The notes: a model not told the origin generated them from the letters alone. Positions 40,503-52,532 are shown, counted from the stretch's first letter. The stretch is DNA of 64,000 bases from Prochlorococcus sp. AG-679-M23 (GCA_003208875.1 QCUR01000001.1:192001-256000), one strand, 5' to 3'. Translations and numbers: made by a program.

Positions 40503-43400
40503 ATGAAATCACAACATAACAAAGAAAAAAAATCTGGCTTTTCCTATAAAGAAACTTTGAATTTACTCAAGACTGATTTTTCGATGCGAGCTAATTCAGT
40601 AATTAGGGAACCAGAGATTCATGAATTCTGGTCAAGAAATAAGATTGATTTGGAGTTGGGTTCATCTAACTCAGGTAAAAATTTCACTTTGCATGATGGC
40701 CCCCCTTATGCGAATGGTTCCCTCCATATGGGACATGCCTTAAATAAAGTTTTAAAGGATATTATTAATAAATACAAAACCTTAAAAGGTTTCAAAGTTC
40801 ATTTTGTACCTGGTTGGGATTGCCATGGGTTACCAATTGAGTTAAAGGTTCTACAAAGTTTAAAATCCAATGAAAGAAGAAATTTAGATTCTTTAGGTTT
40901 AAGAAAAAAAGCAAAAGATTATGCAAAGATTCAAATTAACAATCAACTAGAGGGCTTTAAGAGATGGGGTATTTGGGGAGACTGGGATAATCCCTATTTG
41001 ACCCTTAAAAAAAATTATGAGTCTGCGCAGATTGGTGTTTTTGGAAAGATGTTCTTAAATGGCTACATATATAGAGGTTTAAAACCTGTTCACTGGAGTC
41101 CAAGTTCTAAAACAGCACTTGCAGAAGCAGAATTAGAATATCCTGAGGAGCATTTTTCAAAAAGTATTTATGTTTCTTTAAATATTACTAAATTATCAGA
41201 TGCAGTTCTTCTTAAATGTGAAGAAAAAGATCTGAGAAACAAATTACTTTCTAGTTTAAATAAATTATTTATAGCTATATGGACTACTACTCCATGGACA
41301 ATTCCTGGTAATGAAGCAGTAGCTATCAACCCTAGAATAAATTATGTTTTCGCCTCGGATCAAAAAGGTAATATATATCTTTTTGCTAGAGATTTAATCT
41401 CTGAAATTTGTAAAAAGCTAGATAGAGAATTTAATGTTTTATTAGATGTAAAAGGCTCATTACTAGAAGGTATTGAGTATCAGCATCCTACAAAAAATAA
41501 GGTTTGTCATATTGTAATTGGAGGTGATTATGTAACCACTGAATCTGGGACAGGAATTGTACATACTGCCCCAGGTCATGGCATGGATGATTTTAATGTT
41601 GGGCAAAAATATCAATTACCCATAACTTGTATTGTCGATGAAAAAGGTAATTTAAATAAGCATGCTGAAAAGTTTTTCGGATTAAATGTTTTAAAAGATG
41701 CTAATGATTTGATTATTGAAGATTTGGAGAAAAATAATTTACTCCTTTTAAAAGAAAAATATAAACACAGATATCCTTATGATTGGAGAACTAAAAAACC
41801 TACAATTTTCAGAGCAACTGAACAATGGTTTGCATCAGTAGAGGGATTTAGATCTTCAGCTTTGAAATCAATAGAAGATGTTGAATGGATGCCAAATACA
41901 GGTAAAAAAAGAATTTATTCGATGGTTGTTGGAAGAGGTGATTGGTGTATTTCTAGACAAAGGTCGTGGGGAGTGCCAATACCCGTCTTCTATGAAAAAG
42001 AAGGGAAAGAAATACTAATTAATACTGAAACTATTAACCATATAAAAAGTTTATTTGAGGAATATGGAGCAGATGTATGGTGGGAATGGGATGAGAAGAA
42101 ACTATTGCCAGAAAAATATAGAAATGAATCTGATCGTTGGAAAAAAGGTCTAGATACTATGGATGTCTGGTTTGATTCAGGTTCTAGTTGGGCTGCAGTT
42201 TGTGAGCAAAGGGAAGAATTACAATATCCAGCCGATTTGTATTTAGAGGGATCTGATCAACATAGAGGTTGGTTTCAATCATCTTTGCTAACTTCTGTAG
42301 CAGTAAATAATAAGCCGCCATATAAGACAGTTCTAACTCATGGATTTGCTTTAGATGAGAATGGAAGAAAAATGAGTAAATCCTTGGGTAACGTTGTTGA
42401 TCCTAATATTATTATTAATGGTGGTCCTAACCAAAAAATCCAACCTGCCTATGGAGCAGATGTCCTTAGGCTTTGGGTTAGTTCTGTTGATTACTCAGTT
42501 GATGTCCCAATTGGATCGAATATTTTAAAACAACTTTCAGATGTTTATAGAAAAGTAAGAAATACAGCTAGATATCTCTTAGGTAATATTCATGATTATG
42601 ATCCTGCGTTAGAGGAAATTGATATTGATCAGTTGCCGTTATTAGATCAATGGATGTTAAATAGACTAGTTGAAGTCTCAGATCAAGTAACAATTGCATA
42701 TGAAAATTATGAATTTTCAAAGTTTTTTCAAATATTGCAAAGTTTTTGTGTTGTGGATTTATCTAATTTTTATTTAGATATCGCAAAAGATAGATTGTAT
42801 GTAAGTGCTAAAACTCAATTCAGGAGAAGATCTTGTCAGTTTGTGATGTCCAAAATTGTAGAAAATTTAGCTGTCATTATTTCTCCAGTACTTTGTCATA
42901 TGGCTGAAGATATTTGGCAAAATATCCCATATTCAACTATTGAAAAATCAGTATTTGAAAGAGGATGGCCAAAACTACCTGAGTCATGGCTTAATCCCGA
43001 ACTTAATGAACATATTTTTAATTTAAGAAAATTGCGAGTAGAAATTAATAAAGCAATAGAAGGTTGTAGAACCCAACAAATGATTGGAGCTGCTCTTGAA
43101 ACTCAGGTTAATTACCTCCCTGAGAATGAGTTTTTTAAAAATTCGCTTTCTTGGCTTGATAAATTTGGCAATAAAGAAGTAGATTTATACAGTGATTGGT
43201 TGATAGTTTCTGATTTTAATATAGTTGATAATTTATCTAAGGATTGTTTAAGTATCGATAATAATGAACTTGGAAAGATTCAGATTCTTAAAGCTAAAGG
43301 TTTTAAATGTGATAGATGTTGGCATTACCAAAATATTATAGTTAAAGGGATTGAAAACACTAAATTATGCGAAAGATGTGCAAATATTATTAATTTATAA
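40503..43400 (+). CDS. ileS: Isoleucyl-tRNA synthetase
   Basis: [37 protein letters not shown]-terminal CDRC/CERC zinc finger. Confidence 0.99.
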   Translation: MKSQHNKEKKSGFSYKETLNLLKTDFSMRANSVIREPEIHEFWSRNKIDLELGSSNSGKNFTLHDGPPYANGSLHMGHALNKVLKDIINKYKTLKGFKVHFVPGWDCHGLPIELKVLQSLKSNERRNLDSLGLRKKAKDYAKIQINNQLEGFKRWGIWGDWDNPYLTLKKNYESAQIGVFGKMFLNGYIYRGLKPVHWSPSSKTALAEAELEYPEEHFSKSIYVSLNITKLSDAVLLKCEEKDLRNKLLSSLNKLFIAIWTTTPWTIPGNEAVAINPRINYVFASDQKGNIYLFARDLISEICKKLDREFNVLLDVKGSLLEGIEYQHPTKNKVCHIVIGGDYVTTESGTGIVHTAPGHGMDDFNVGQKYQLPITCIVDEKGNLNKHAEKFFGLNVLKDANDLIIEDLEKNNLLLLKEKYKHRYPYDWRTKKPTIFRATEQWFASVEGFRSSALKSIEDVEWMPNTGKKRIYSMVVGRGDWCISRQRSWGVPIPVFYEKEGKEILINTETINHIKSLFEEYGADVWWEWDEKKLLPEKYRNESDRWKKGLDTMDVWFDSGSSWAAVCEQREELQYPADLYLEGSDQHRGWFQSSLLTSVAVNNKPPYKTVLTHGFALDENGRKMSKSLGNVVDPNIIINGGPNQKIQPAYGADVLRLWVSSVDYSVDVPIGSNILKQLSDVYRKVRNTARYLLGNIHDYDPALEEIDIDQLPLLDQWMLNRLVEVSDQVTIAYENYEFSKFFQILQSFCVVDLSNFYLDIAKDRLYVSAKTQFRRRSCQFVMSKIVENLAVIISPVLCHMAEDIWQNIPYSTIEKSVFERGWPKLPESWLNPELNEHIFNLRKLRVEINKAIEGCRTQQMIGAALETQVNYLPENEFFKNSLSWLDKFGNKEVDLYSDWLIVSDFNIVDNLSKDCLSIDNNELGKIQILKAKGFKCDRCWHYQNIIVKGIENTKLCERCANIINL

Positions 43401-43580
43401 ATAGTTTATTTAGATCAATTTCAGTATGGTGAGTTTTAGATCTACTGAACCCTATATGAATTTTTATTTCTAACAATTCTTTAGAATATTTCCTTGATAA
43501 GTAACCTTCTATTTTAAAAGACTATTTAAATTCTTAAAACTAATTTGTTCTAAGTTTTTGATTAAGTCAATCCCTGCCAT
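43390..43580 (-). pseudogene. Frameshifted, truncated relic of a conserved cyanobacterial hypothetical gene
   Basis: ATG at 43580 gives MAGIDLIKNLEQISFKNLNSLLK*; the -1 frame continues [40 protein letters not shown]. Confidence 0.5.
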
Positions 43581-44208
43581 TATGAGAAAAACCAGAATTC
43601 CGACCACTTTTTGGGAATTTAATTATCGCCCATTGTAATAAACCTAATGTATATATTAATAAGGCAAATAATCCTAAAAATTTTGCAACTGGTTGAGAAA
43701 AGCTAGCTCCAAATAAAAAATTAAATAAATTTTTTAAAATCAAGTAGAAATTTGTTGAAGGTTTAAGCCAGATTTTACATTCAGCAGAATTAATAAAAGA
43801 AATACAATTAATATTATTTAAACTTTGAATTAAAAAACTTAAAGATATAAAAGTTATAGACCATCGCCAAATTTTCGTAGTTGTAGTTAATGCATGAGAT
43901 ATCCTATATTCATTTAACTCGTCATTAATATCATTCCAAAACCATATTGAGATTGTCATTATTAATGTCGAAATATTTGTAATTAATAGAGCGAAATTGT
44001 ACTCACCAATTAGGAGGATAAGACTTATTAAGAATAGAATTGATATTTTCCAATAATTAGATAAAAGTTTTGTAATGGCTTTACTTTTGTTTTTTATAGA
44101 CCAACAAAATAGAGTTAAAGGAAGACCAACTATAAAGACTAATGAAAGTTGAAAAGATAGATAAATGGAAAGCTGATTTAGACTGTTCAAAACTTTTTCT
44201 TTTAACAC
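43567..44208 (-). CDS. DUF3177-like membrane protein
   Basis: Multi-TM ORF with YWKIS and SIWFW.DIN.EL motifs. Confidence 0.75.
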   Translation of the reverse strand: MLKEKVLNSLNQLSIYLSFQLSLVFIVGLPLTLFCWSIKNKSKAITKLLSNYWKISILFLISLILLIGEYNFALLITNISTLIMTISIWFWNDINDELNEYRISHALTTTTKIWRWSITFISLSFLIQSLNNINCISFINSAECKIWLKPSTNFYLILKNLFNFLFGASFSQPVAKFLGLFALLIYTLGLLQWAIIKFPKSGRNSGFSHNGRD

Positions 44209-44314
44209 ACATAATTATTAAACCTTACCCACCTGCTTCTTAACTTATTATTGTCATAGTTATGAATAATATGCATCATATTAATTTCTACTAAGAAATA
44301 ATTAAATAATGTTT

Positions 44315-44944
44315 ATGAGACAGCATGTCAATCCACTCAGTAAAAATTTCTTTGAAATAGATCCAATACCTCCGTTGAACCAAGTTTTTGAAAACCCAAA
44401 ATTGCCTCTCCATTTAGATATAGGTTGCGCTTCAGGTGATTTTTTATTCGAATTATCACTAAAAAATAAAAATTGGAACTATATAGGAATTGAAATTAGA
44501 GAAAAATTAGTTTTAAACGCTAATTTAAAAATGAAAAGCAGAGAAAATAAAAATTTATATTTTTCATTTGGTAATGCTAATAATATTTTTAATCAATCTA
44601 ATAATAAATCGATTATTAATTTTATAAATAGTATTTCATTTAATTTTCCTGATCCATGGTTTAAAAAGAAACATCATAAAAGACGTGTAATTCAACCTAA
44701 ATTAATAAATTTACTCTCAAATTCAATGAAAAGAGGATCTTTAATCTTTATTAAAACAGATGTAAAAGATCTTTTTGATCATATGGAACTCACAATATCC
44801 GAAAGTATAAAGTTTAAAAAAATTCCATATCAAGATATTAAATCTTATGAAAGTTTTAATCCTAATAGAGTTCAAACCAATAGAGAAAAATATGTAATAT
44901 TAAATCAACTTAAAATTTATGAAAGTATTTATAAGAAAATTTAA
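44315..44944 (+). CDS. trmB: tRNA (guanine-N7)-methyltransferase
   Basis: [35 protein letters not shown]. Confidence 0.96.
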   Translation: MRQHVNPLSKNFFEIDPIPPLNQVFENPKLPLHLDIGCASGDFLFELSLKNKNWNYIGIEIREKLVLNANLKMKSRENKNLYFSFGNANNIFNQSNNKSIINFINSISFNFPDPWFKKKHHKRRVIQPKLINLLSNSMKRGSLIFIKTDVKDLFDHMELTISESIKFKKIPYQDIKSYESFNPNRVQTNREKYVILNQLKIYESIYKKI

Positions 44945-44945
44945 T

Positions 44946-46304
44946 TCATAAAGTTTTAGATATTTTATAGATTTTTGTACTAATTTCGGTCGTGATTTTT
45001 GTTGATAATGAATCTACTTCTTTCTGATTTCGTGCTTCAACCAATATACGTAAAACAGGTTCCGTTCCACTAGGACGTATGTAAACTCTACAATTATCCT
45101 TTTTAATATTTGAAAAACTTTCTATAGTGTCATTTATGAATTCCTCATATGATTTATCAATATTTTTAAAGTTAAAATTTAATACTACATTAGTTAGCTT
45201 TTGAGGATATGGTGAGAAGCTACTATTAAGCCAAGATCTTAAACTGATATTTTTTTTCTTGCAGTATTTTGAGATTTGAATTGCAGTTAATATTCCATCC
45301 CCACAAAAGTTATTAATTTTTGAAAGTATGTGACCTGATTGTTCCCCTCCTAATAAGGCCTTTTTTTTCTTTATTGCTTCAAATATGAATTTATCTCCAA
45401 CTTCAGTTCTATGTAAAATTCCCCCAATTTTATTCCAAGTATTTTCAAAACCCAAATTTGCCATTTTTGTAGAGATGATTGTGTTATTTATAAGCAATTT
45501 TTCTTTTAAAAGTTCTCTTCCCCATAGAAAGAGTATGTGATCCCCATCTAGTATATTGCCTTCTGAATCAACCCCAATAACCCTATCAGCATCTCCATCG
45601 AAGCTAAATCCCATATCAGCATTGTTCTCTTTAATGGCTTTAATTATTGGATCCAAGCATGTAGAGCCACAATTTAAATTTATTTTAAAACCATCTTGCT
45701 CATTATGAATGACTTTTACATTAGCTCCTAGTTTCTTAAAAATACTTTCTGCGCAGGTAGTTGCAGATCCGTAACATGTGTCTAAAATTATTTTCATTCC
45801 ATCTAAGGTCTCATCCCCCATAGTATTAATAAGTCCTTCTGTATAGATATTAAAAAGTTTATTATTTCCCCTTATAGATGTTTTTTTATAAGTAGATAAT
45901 TTAAGCTTGTTTGCTGTCTTTAAAATAAGTTCTATTTGATTTTCAAATGTCTTTTTAATTTTTTCTCCATTATTATCAAAAATTTTAATACCATTATATT
46001 CAGGGGGATTATGGCTTGCCGATATCATAATCCCACTACTAAATTTTTCTTTTTTTATTAAGAAAGGGATAGCTGGTGTAGGACAGATTCCTAAGTATAT
46101 AAATTCTTTTCCTGCTGCATTAATTCCTCTTGATATAGCCTCTAGAAGAATATATCCACTTACTCTTGTATCTCTTCCTAATAGTATTGGATTATTGGTT
46201 TTCGTTAAAACTCCTAAGGCATATCCAACCTTATATGCTAAGGAATATGTTAATTCTTTAGCAAATATTCCCCTAATTCCATCAGTCCCAAATATAGATT
46301 GCAT
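44946..46304 (-). CDS. glmM: Phosphoglucosamine mutase
   Basis: [34 protein letters not shown]. Confidence 0.95.
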   Translation of the reverse strand: MQSIFGTDGIRGIFAKELTYSLAYKVGYALGVLTKTNNPILLGRDTRVSGYILLEAISRGINAAGKEFIYLGICPTPAIPFLIKKEKFSSGIMISASHNPPEYNGIKIFDNNGEKIKKTFENQIELILKTANKLKLSTYKKTSIRGNNKLFNIYTEGLINTMGDETLDGMKIILDTCYGSATTCAESIFKKLGANVKVIHNEQDGFKINLNCGSTCLDPIIKAIKENNADMGFSFDGDADRVIGVDSEGNILDGDHILFLWGRELLKEKLLINNTIISTKMANLGFENTWNKIGGILHRTEVGDKFIFEAIKKKKALLGGEQSGHILSKINNFCGDGILTAIQISKYCKKKNISLRSWLNSSFSPYPQKLTNVVLNFNFKNIDKSYEEFINDTIESFSNIKKDNCRVYIRPSGTEPVLRILVEARNQKEVDSLSTKITTEISTKIYKISKTL

Positions 46305-46436
46305 ATTATTATTATTTCTATAATTATAAATATTTTTTAACTGTATTTATTTTATCAGTTGATTAAAAGTAAAAAGAATAATATTCTCTTTAATTAAACT
46401 ATCTATATAAAATATAGAAAAGTTAATTTTTAGATA

Positions 46437-46982
46437 ATGCAATCTGGCAATAAAGAATCCTTTTTAAATTCCTTCCAAAAATCGATACTAATATTATTTT
46501 TTGCTCTAATTATTTGCTCTGCGCTTGTATTAAAAAATTTTATATTTCAACCCACTTTTCTTCTTAAGAAATTTGGACAATCATCTATTGATCCTGAAAT
46601 AGCTTTTACAAATAATAAGCCTACTTTTCTTGAGTTTTATGCAGATTGGTGCGAAGTTTGTAAGGAAATGGCTCCAAAAGTTGATGAAATTAAAAATAAA
46701 TATGAAAAAGATATTAATTTTGTTTTTTTAAATGTAGATAATCCAAAATGGGAAAAATACATAAGAAATTTTAATGTTAATGGAATTCCACAAATAAATA
46801 TTTTAGATAAAGATTCAAATTTAGAATTCACGTTTATTGGAAAACAGGAAGAAGAAACTATAAAAGAATCTCTCGATAATTTATACGATAAATTTAGAAG
46901 TGATTCACAAATTCTAAATTCAGAATTCTCAATAATCAAAGACAATAAAAATTATCAATCCTCTCCGAGAAGTCACGGATAA
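46437..46982 (+). CDS. txlA: Membrane-anchored thioredoxin-like protein (TxlA/HCF164-like)
   Basis: N-terminal TM helix, EFYADWCEVC, V.GIP. Confidence 0.85.
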   Translation: MQSGNKESFLNSFQKSILILFFALIICSALVLKNFIFQPTFLLKKFGQSSIDPEIAFTNNKPTFLEFYADWCEVCKEMAPKVDEIKNKYEKDINFVFLNVDNPKWEKYIRNFNVNGIPQINILDKDSNLEFTFIGKQEEETIKESLDNLYDKFRSDSQILNSEFSIIKDNKNYQSSPRSHG

Positions 46983-46984
46983 AT

Positions 46985-47623
46985 TTATTTCCAATTCAAT
47001 GCTTCAGATACAGATGGAAAATATTTAATAAATACTTTCTTACAGTCTTCAGCTATTTCCATATGTTCTTTTTGTGTTCCTTCTTTTGATCTTAGCTGTA
47101 TATAGTGAATCCAAGACCTACAGGAACCAGTCATATAGATTCTTGTTGGGGTAGCTAAGGGCATAATAAATCTTGCGCATTCCTTTGCAATCCCTTCATC
47201 TAGCATTTCTTCGTATAGTTTATTTGCCTCTTGAAAGTGTTTTGAAATTTTTTCTGAAAATTTTATTTTAAGTTCATCCGTTATGTCATCAATGCTATTT
47301 TGACGATTCTTTTTATCTTGCCTTCTTAAGTTTGGGATAGGAATTTCATTTCCTAGTAAGCTAGTTTCAGCATATCTTTGTGAGAATTCTTGAAAAGTAA
47401 ATGATCTATGTCTAAGAATTTGAGCCGCAATACCTCTATTAGTTTCGATTTTCAATGTCATGCATGATTGTTCAAAAACTGACCAGTGCTCATGCTGTAT
47501 GCAATATCTTAATAATCCGGCGAATTTATCATTAGCCTGATTCGAAGGATTAGAAACTCTGGCGATATACGCCATTGTTTTTTCTGCCTCTGGAGTTAAT
47601 GAAATTAGCTCAACTTTACTCAT
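46985..47623 (-). CDS. thyX: FAD-dependent thymidylate synthase
   Basis: HWSVFE, QILRHRSFTFQEFSQRY. Confidence 0.97.
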   Translation of the reverse strand: MSKVELISLTPEAEKTMAYIARVSNPSNQANDKFAGLLRYCIQHEHWSVFEQSCMTLKIETNRGIAAQILRHRSFTFQEFSQRYAETSLLGNEIPIPNLRRQDKKNRQNSIDDITDELKIKFSEKISKHFQEANKLYEEMLDEGIAKECARFIMPLATPTRIYMTGSCRSWIHYIQLRSKEGTQKEHMEIAEDCKKVFIKYFPSVSEALNWK

Positions 47624-47624
47624 A

Positions 47625-48218
47625 TTAAATTTTGGCTAAAGTGACCTGTTCTGGTTGATTTTGATATTTACCTTTCCTATCTTCATATGTTGTAGAGCAA
47701 GGATCACCCTCAAAAAACAATAGTTGACAAATACCTTCATTTGCATAAATCCTACAATCTGCACCTGAACTGTTGCTGAATTCTAATGTAAGATGCCCCT
47801 CCCAACCTGCCTCGGCTGGAGTTGTATTCACTATAATTCCGAGACGAGCATAAGTACTTTTACCTATGCAAATCACAGTAATATTTTCTGGTACTTTCAT
47901 TTTCTCTAAAGCAACTCCTAGGCCGTAAGAATGAGCAGGTAAAATAAAAAATTCACCATCTTTATCTTCATGAAGAATCGTTTTTTCTAAATTATCAGGA
48001 TTAAACTTCTTTGGATTCATGACTGTTCCCGGGACATGCTTAAATATTAAAAACTCTTTAGAAGATAGTCTTAAATCATAGCCATATGAAGAACATCCAT
48101 AACTTAGAACCGCATTTTTTTTATTATTAGGATCTAAATGTCTGACTAAATTTGATTGAAAAGGATTTATCATTCCTTCAGAAGCTTTTTGGTTTATCCA
48201 GAGATCATTTTTGAGCAT
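47625..48218 (-). CDS. dcd: dCTP deaminase
   Basis: SYGYDLRL, GKSTYARLG, EAGWEG, KYQNQ. Confidence 0.97.
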   Translation of the reverse strand: MLKNDLWINQKASEGMINPFQSNLVRHLDPNNKKNAVLSYGCSSYGYDLRLSSKEFLIFKHVPGTVMNPKKFNPDNLEKTILHEDKDGEFFILPAHSYGLGVALEKMKVPENITVICIGKSTYARLGIIVNTTPAEAGWEGHLTLEFSNSSGADCRIYANEGICQLLFFEGDPCSTTYEDRKGKYQNQPEQVTLAKI

Positions 48219-48223
48219 AATTT

Positions 48224-48799
48224 CTATGAGCGAAGTTCTGTAATTTGGTCAGCCATTAATAAGAAATTTTTTGGAATGGATGTACCAGTAAGGATTACAT
48301 CTCCTGATATAAATCGGTTTTCAAGTGTTGAAATCAAATCATCTTTACTAATAATATTCATCTCGACAGCTAGAAAAACTTCATCAAGAATAATTTGATC
48401 ATATTCTCCAGAAAGTAATTCTTTTTTACAAAAATCCCATAATTCTTTTATTGAATTATTAATAGATTTAGAAATATTATGATTTATGTTTTCTGACTCA
48501 TATTGATCATAAGAATTAGCAGATCTTATCCAGGTAAGATTACCGCAAAGCTTTTGAGCATTGAAAATCCCTTGTTTTACACCTCCCTTCATTAATTGAA
48601 CTAAAAGTACTTTTCTTCCTAAAGCTGCATTTCTTAGTGAATCCCTGATAATGGATGAATAACTTCCTCGGTATGAAGATTGATAAATCTGAATTTGACC
48701 ATTTTGATTTATCTTTCTTAATTTAAATTCTTTATTTTTATTTATGTTTACAACTTCATGATTGCTTTTTAGATAACTATTTGACGAACTGGCTACCAT
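48224..48799 (-). CDS. Cob(I)alamin adenosyltransferase-like (CobO/BtuR family, degenerate P-loop)
   Basis: ALGRKVLLVQLMKG, YDQIILDE, VILTG, ADQITE. Confidence 0.75.
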   Translation of the reverse strand: MVASSSNSYLKSNHEVVNINKNKEFKLRKINQNGQIQIYQSSYRGSYSSIIRDSLRNAALGRKVLLVQLMKGGVKQGIFNAQKLCGNLTWIRSANSYDQYESENINHNISKSINNSIKELWDFCKKELLSGEYDQIILDEVFLAVEMNIISKDDLISTLENRFISGDVILTGTSIPKNFLLMADQITELRS

Positions 48800-48941
48800 T
48801 ATTTTGAATTAACTTTTCTAGATTCAGTATAGTTTGTATTTTAGAACACTGCATGTAGTGTAATTTTCCTTAAAGTAGTTTCTTAGAATAAAGAATTGTT
48901 TTTTATAATAATTTTCAAAAAAAAATATAAGAATTGAAAAA

Positions 48942-48984
48942 TGTTACTGTTGATACAAGTTATTTCTTGCTGTCTTCTTAAATT
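48942..48984 (+). promoter_or_regulatory. NtcA-activated promoter of ntcA (autoregulation)
   Basis: TGTTACTGTTGATACA (TGT-N10-ACA / GTT-N8-TAC) with TAAATT (TAN3T) exactly 22 nt after TAC. Confidence 0.8.
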
Positions 48985-49004
48985 TTTTAATAGTAAAGAT
49001 ATTT

Positions 49005-49739
49005 ATGTTGCCTGCTTCTAGAGGATTTAGCCGTTTAACTCCGCAACCTTCCGGACAAAATACTGTTAATACTATTGGTGAACGTTTTCCGATTAATAGA
49101 ACATTAATGGAAGTCATAAAAGGTCTTGAAGGGGCTAGCACAGAAATGGTTGAGAGATCGAAAACAATATTTTTCCCTGGAGATCCTGCTGAAAGAGTTT
49201 ATTTAATAAGAAGAGGAGCAGTTAGGTTATCAAGAGTTTATGAATCAGGAGAAGAAATTACTGTGGCATTGTTAAGGGAAAATAGCCTTTTTGGAGTTTT
49301 ATCTCTCCTAACAGGACATAGATCTGATCGTTTTTATCATGCGATTGCTTTTACAAGAGTTGAAATGATTACAGCTCCTGCAAATTCTGTTTTGAGAGCA
49401 ATTGAAGCAGATGCATCCGTTGGTCTTTTACTCTTGCAAGGCCTTTCCAGCAGGATTCTACAAACAGAAACAATGATAGAAACTCTTACACATAGAGATA
49501 TGTCATCTCGCCTAGTAAGTTTTCTGATGGTTTTGTGTCGAGATTTTGGAGTGGCAAGTGAAAAGGGTATTACTATTGATTTGAGGCTTTCTCATCAAGC
49601 TATAGCAGAGGCAATAGGTTCTACAAGAGTTACCATTACAAGATTATTAGGAGATTTGAAAGATTCAGGATTATTAACTATTGAAAGAAAGAAGATTACA
49701 GTTTTTGATCCAATAGCACTTTCAAAAAGATTTAATTGA
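49005..49739 (+). CDS. ntcA: Global nitrogen regulator NtcA
   Basis: [39 protein letters not shown]. Confidence 0.98.
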   Translation: MLPASRGFSRLTPQPSGQNTVNTIGERFPINRTLMEVIKGLEGASTEMVERSKTIFFPGDPAERVYLIRRGAVRLSRVYESGEEITVALLRENSLFGVLSLLTGHRSDRFYHAIAFTRVEMITAPANSVLRAIEADASVGLLLLQGLSSRILQTETMIETLTHRDMSSRLVSFLMVLCRDFGVASEKGITIDLRLSHQAIAEAIGSTRVTITRLLGDLKDSGLLTIERKKITVFDPIALSKRFN

Positions 49740-49802
49740 TATTTAATCAATTAATTCTCTATTATGATGAGTAAGTAAATATTTAAATACAGTAAGTATA
49801 TT

Positions 49803-50774
49803 GTGTCTGGTTGGCTTTTCATAATTTTCTTATTACTCCTTGGAGGTTTAATTTCAACTTTAGGTGACTTATTAGGTTCTAAGATAGGTAAAGCTAGATT
49901 TAGCATTTTAAAGTTAAGGCCGAAAAAAACTGCAATTTTAATTACAATTTTGACAGGCAGCCTGATAAGTGCCTCATCTTTGTTCTTAATGATATTAGTA
50001 AATAGACAGTTGAGAGTAGGGTTATTTAGGTTAGGAGATTTACAGAAAAAACTTCAAGAAAGTAAACAAGTATTGATACCTTTAGAAAAAGAAAGAGAAA
50101 AACTAGAAAATAAAATAAAAGCTAAAGAGACTGAATTTAAGCAATTAGAAAGGAATATAATTGCATTAAGGAGTGGGAAATTTGTAATAAGAAGTGGGCA
50201 ATCTTTAATTATTTCAGAGATAAGTTCTTCTAATCTGAAAGACATTAAATCTAAAATAGAAAAAATTATTATCAATGCCAATAGATATACTCATAAGTTA
50301 GTTAAACCAAAAAATAAAGAAGTTATAAATTTATTGTTATTAAGAAAAAATCATATCGAAGAAATGCAAAATACTATTTTAAAAGGAGGTAATTGGGTAA
50401 TTAATATAAAATCTGTGAGGAATGTTTTAACAGGAGAAAATTTTGTGTATGCTTTTCCCGAAATAACAGAAAATAAGATAATAGTTAGAAAAGGTGAAAA
50501 AATAACAAAAATTGACTTCAAACAAGAAGATTTTAATAAAAAAGATTTTGGCGATAAGGTAAATTTTTTACTATCTTCTAGTTTGGCCGAAATTAAGAGA
50601 AGAGGTTCACTTGTAAATGAAATTAAATTGCGAGGCGACTCATTAAAAGAATTAAGAGACTTCTTAAATAAAAATAATAAAACTAATTTTGAATTAGAAG
50701 CAGTTTCTTTGATTAATAGTAAGACAGCTCAACCAGTGATTGTTGAACTAAATGTAAATTATCCAGAATCTTAG
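49803..50774 (+). CDS. DUF3084-like membrane/coiled-coil protein
   Basis: GDLLGSKIGKAR.S...LRP..TA; position after ntcA. Confidence 0.8.
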   Translation: MSGWLFIIFLLLLGGLISTLGDLLGSKIGKARFSILKLRPKKTAILITILTGSLISASSLFLMILVNRQLRVGLFRLGDLQKKLQESKQVLIPLEKEREKLENKIKAKETEFKQLERNIIALRSGKFVIRSGQSLIISEISSSNLKDIKSKIEKIIINANRYTHKLVKPKNKEVINLLLLRKNHIEEMQNTILKGGNWVINIKSVRNVLTGENFVYAFPEITENKIIVRKGEKITKIDFKQEDFNKKDFGDKVNFLLSSSLAEIKRRGSLVNEIKLRGDSLKELRDFLNKNNKTNFELEAVSLINSKTAQPVIVELNVNYPES

Positions 50775-51212
50775 ATGTCTAGAGTTATAACTATTGATCC
50801 AGGAATATCGAAATGTGGAGTGATAATAGCTGATATCAAAGAAAAAAAAGTTTATGAAGCAGTAGTTATTAAAAGTCATCTACTTTTGAAATATGTTAAA
50901 AAAAAATATCAGAGCGGAAAAAACTTTCAGTTGTTAATTGGCAATGGAACAAGTAGTAAAAATTACATAAAATGTTTATATCAGTTTGAGCCTGATTTGA
51001 TTATTGCTGAAGAAAAAAATTCAACTTATAGGGCTAAACAAAGATATTTTGAAATTTTTCCTTTAATAGGCATAAAATGTTTTTTGCCAAGAGAGATATT
51101 TATTTTGAATAAAAATTTAGATGCATTAGCTGCGTTAATTATTATGGAAGATTATTTCAAAATTAAATTTGATGTAAGTGAAAAACTTAAGACTAAAACT
51201 TGGCTGAAATAA
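50775..51212 (+). CDS. RNase H-fold YqgF/RuvX-like protein
   Basis: IDPG..KCG, IGNGTSS, EKNST, DALAA. Confidence 0.7.
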   Translation: MSRVITIDPGISKCGVIIADIKEKKVYEAVVIKSHLLLKYVKKKYQSGKNFQLLIGNGTSSKNYIKCLYQFEPDLIIAEEKNSTYRAKQRYFEIFPLIGIKCFLPREIFILNKNLDALAALIIMEDYFKIKFDVSEKLKTKTWLK

Positions 51213-51450
51213 TGAATTTATATTCATTTCCTGCTTCAAGTTCATAATCTTTCTTTAGAAAGAATCTTAATAATGAATCTTCAATTAATGCTCTGCCTAA
51301 AGGTGGGTTTACAAACAAAACTCCTCTTCCAAATGACCATGTGAAAGACCACTTGAAATCGCTTGCTTCAACAATTCCTTTCACTTCTTTTTTTGTGAAA
51401 CAGTATTCTTTTACACTTACATGTGCAGTTGTCTCAGGCTTTGCTTTCAT
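51193..51450 (-). CDS. DUF3146-like protein
   Basis: PETTAHV, F.W.F.W.F..G.L.V.PPLGRALI. Confidence 0.75.
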   Translation of the reverse strand: MKAKPETTAHVSVKEYCFTKKEVKGIVEASDFKWSFTWSFGRGVLFVNPPLGRALIEDSLLRFFLKKDYELEAGNEYKFIISAKF

Positions 51451-52062
51451 TTACAAATTCTCTTCTCTATGAAAGGAATTTAATTCACTAATAATATAAT
51501 CTTCATTTTTATCATTTAGTTCTATGAGTGATTCGATTAATTTTTTATAAACTCTATCCAAAGTTAAACTTTCTTTTGAAGATATATTACCTAAGACATG
51601 GGAAATAGTATTGAGGGTTTTGTTTCTTTCATTAACTGGTGGGGACCCTATACCTATTTTTATTCTATTAAAATTTTCAGTCTGCAATTTCTTAATGATA
51701 TCTTTAAGTCCATTGTGTCCTCCAGAACTTCCTTTTTTCCTAAATCTAATTTTGCCCAGAGGCAGATCAATGTCATCAACTATTATAAAAAGACGATCCA
51801 AATCTATCTTATACCAGTCCACTATCGCCCTTACAGCATTTCCACTATGATTCATAAAAGTGTTTGGCATAAATAATCTATAAGTATAATTATTTATTTT
51901 GAATTCTGAATACCAACTTTTAAGCTTATTTTTCAAAGTAAATTTAGAATCGTATTTTTCCGAAAAATATTCAAGTAGTAAAAATCCAAGGTTGTGTCGA
52001 TTTTTGATATATTCTTTACCAGGATTGCCCAAACCAATTATAAATTTCTCATTGTTATTCAT
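51451..52062 (-). CDS. pth: Peptidyl-tRNA hydrolase
   Basis: GLGNPG, RHNLGF, FMN.SG, DDIDL, GGHNGL. Confidence 0.97.
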   Translation of the reverse strand: MNNNEKFIIGLGNPGKEYIKNRHNLGFLLLEYFSEKYDSKFTLKNKLKSWYSEFKINNYTYRLFMPNTFMNHSGNAVRAIVDWYKIDLDRLFIIVDDIDLPLGKIRFRKKGSSGGHNGLKDIIKKLQTENFNRIKIGIGSPPVNERNKTLNTISHVLGNISSKESLTLDRVYKKLIESLIELNDKNEDYIISELNSFHREENL

Positions 52063-52252
52063 AATTGTAATTTCATCTTTAAATTTTTATAAATTATAAA
52101 ATAAAAACTCAACAAGATTTTCTAATGTGCATGAGAACACAAATTTAAAGAAAGATTTTTATGTTATTACTAATAAAATTATAGATTTTTACCTATTTAA
52201 AAATTATTTAAACAATCAAAATGAATTACTTTATAAAAAATAATTAAAAAGT

Positions 52253-52453
52253 TTAGTTTCCATTCCAATCAACTGAGAATCCTTGAAGTAGTAAGGATTG
52301 ATTGTATATTTGCAAAAGGATAACAAGAAAAACTAATAAAAGTAAACCTATGACGGTCATAATAGGAACGGCCCCCCAACCAGGAACAACTTTTCCTTGT
52401 CCTGAATTTCCAATAGCTTTCAAAAGATTTCCTAATGCAGTTTTTTGGCCCAT
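52253..52453 (-). CDS. psbH: Photosystem II protein H
   Basis: MGQKTALG...GKVVPGWG..., ILLQIYNQS; true ATG at 52453. Confidence 0.96.
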   Translation of the reverse strand: MGQKTALGNLLKAIGNSGQGKVVPGWGAVPIMTVIGLLLLVFLVILLQIYNQSLLLQGFSVDWNGN

Positions 52454-52532
52454 AGTAATTTCTCTAAATCGAATATATTTCGTTATTGTATAAGAATGAA
52501 TACATAAATTGTTCACAAATTTACTAAAATTG

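Noticed and set aside
52063..52252. Possible tatA remnant between psbH and pth, where other cyanobacteria carry tatA
   Set aside because: No TatA-like translation recognisable; featureless AT-rich DNA.
52488..52503. GTA-N10-TAC between psbH and psbN as an NtcA site
   Set aside because: Wrong spacing for NtcA.
52454..52516. Track extension of psbH to a GTG at 52516
   Set aside because: PsbH homology begins at the ATG at 52453; the extension would occupy the divergent promoter.
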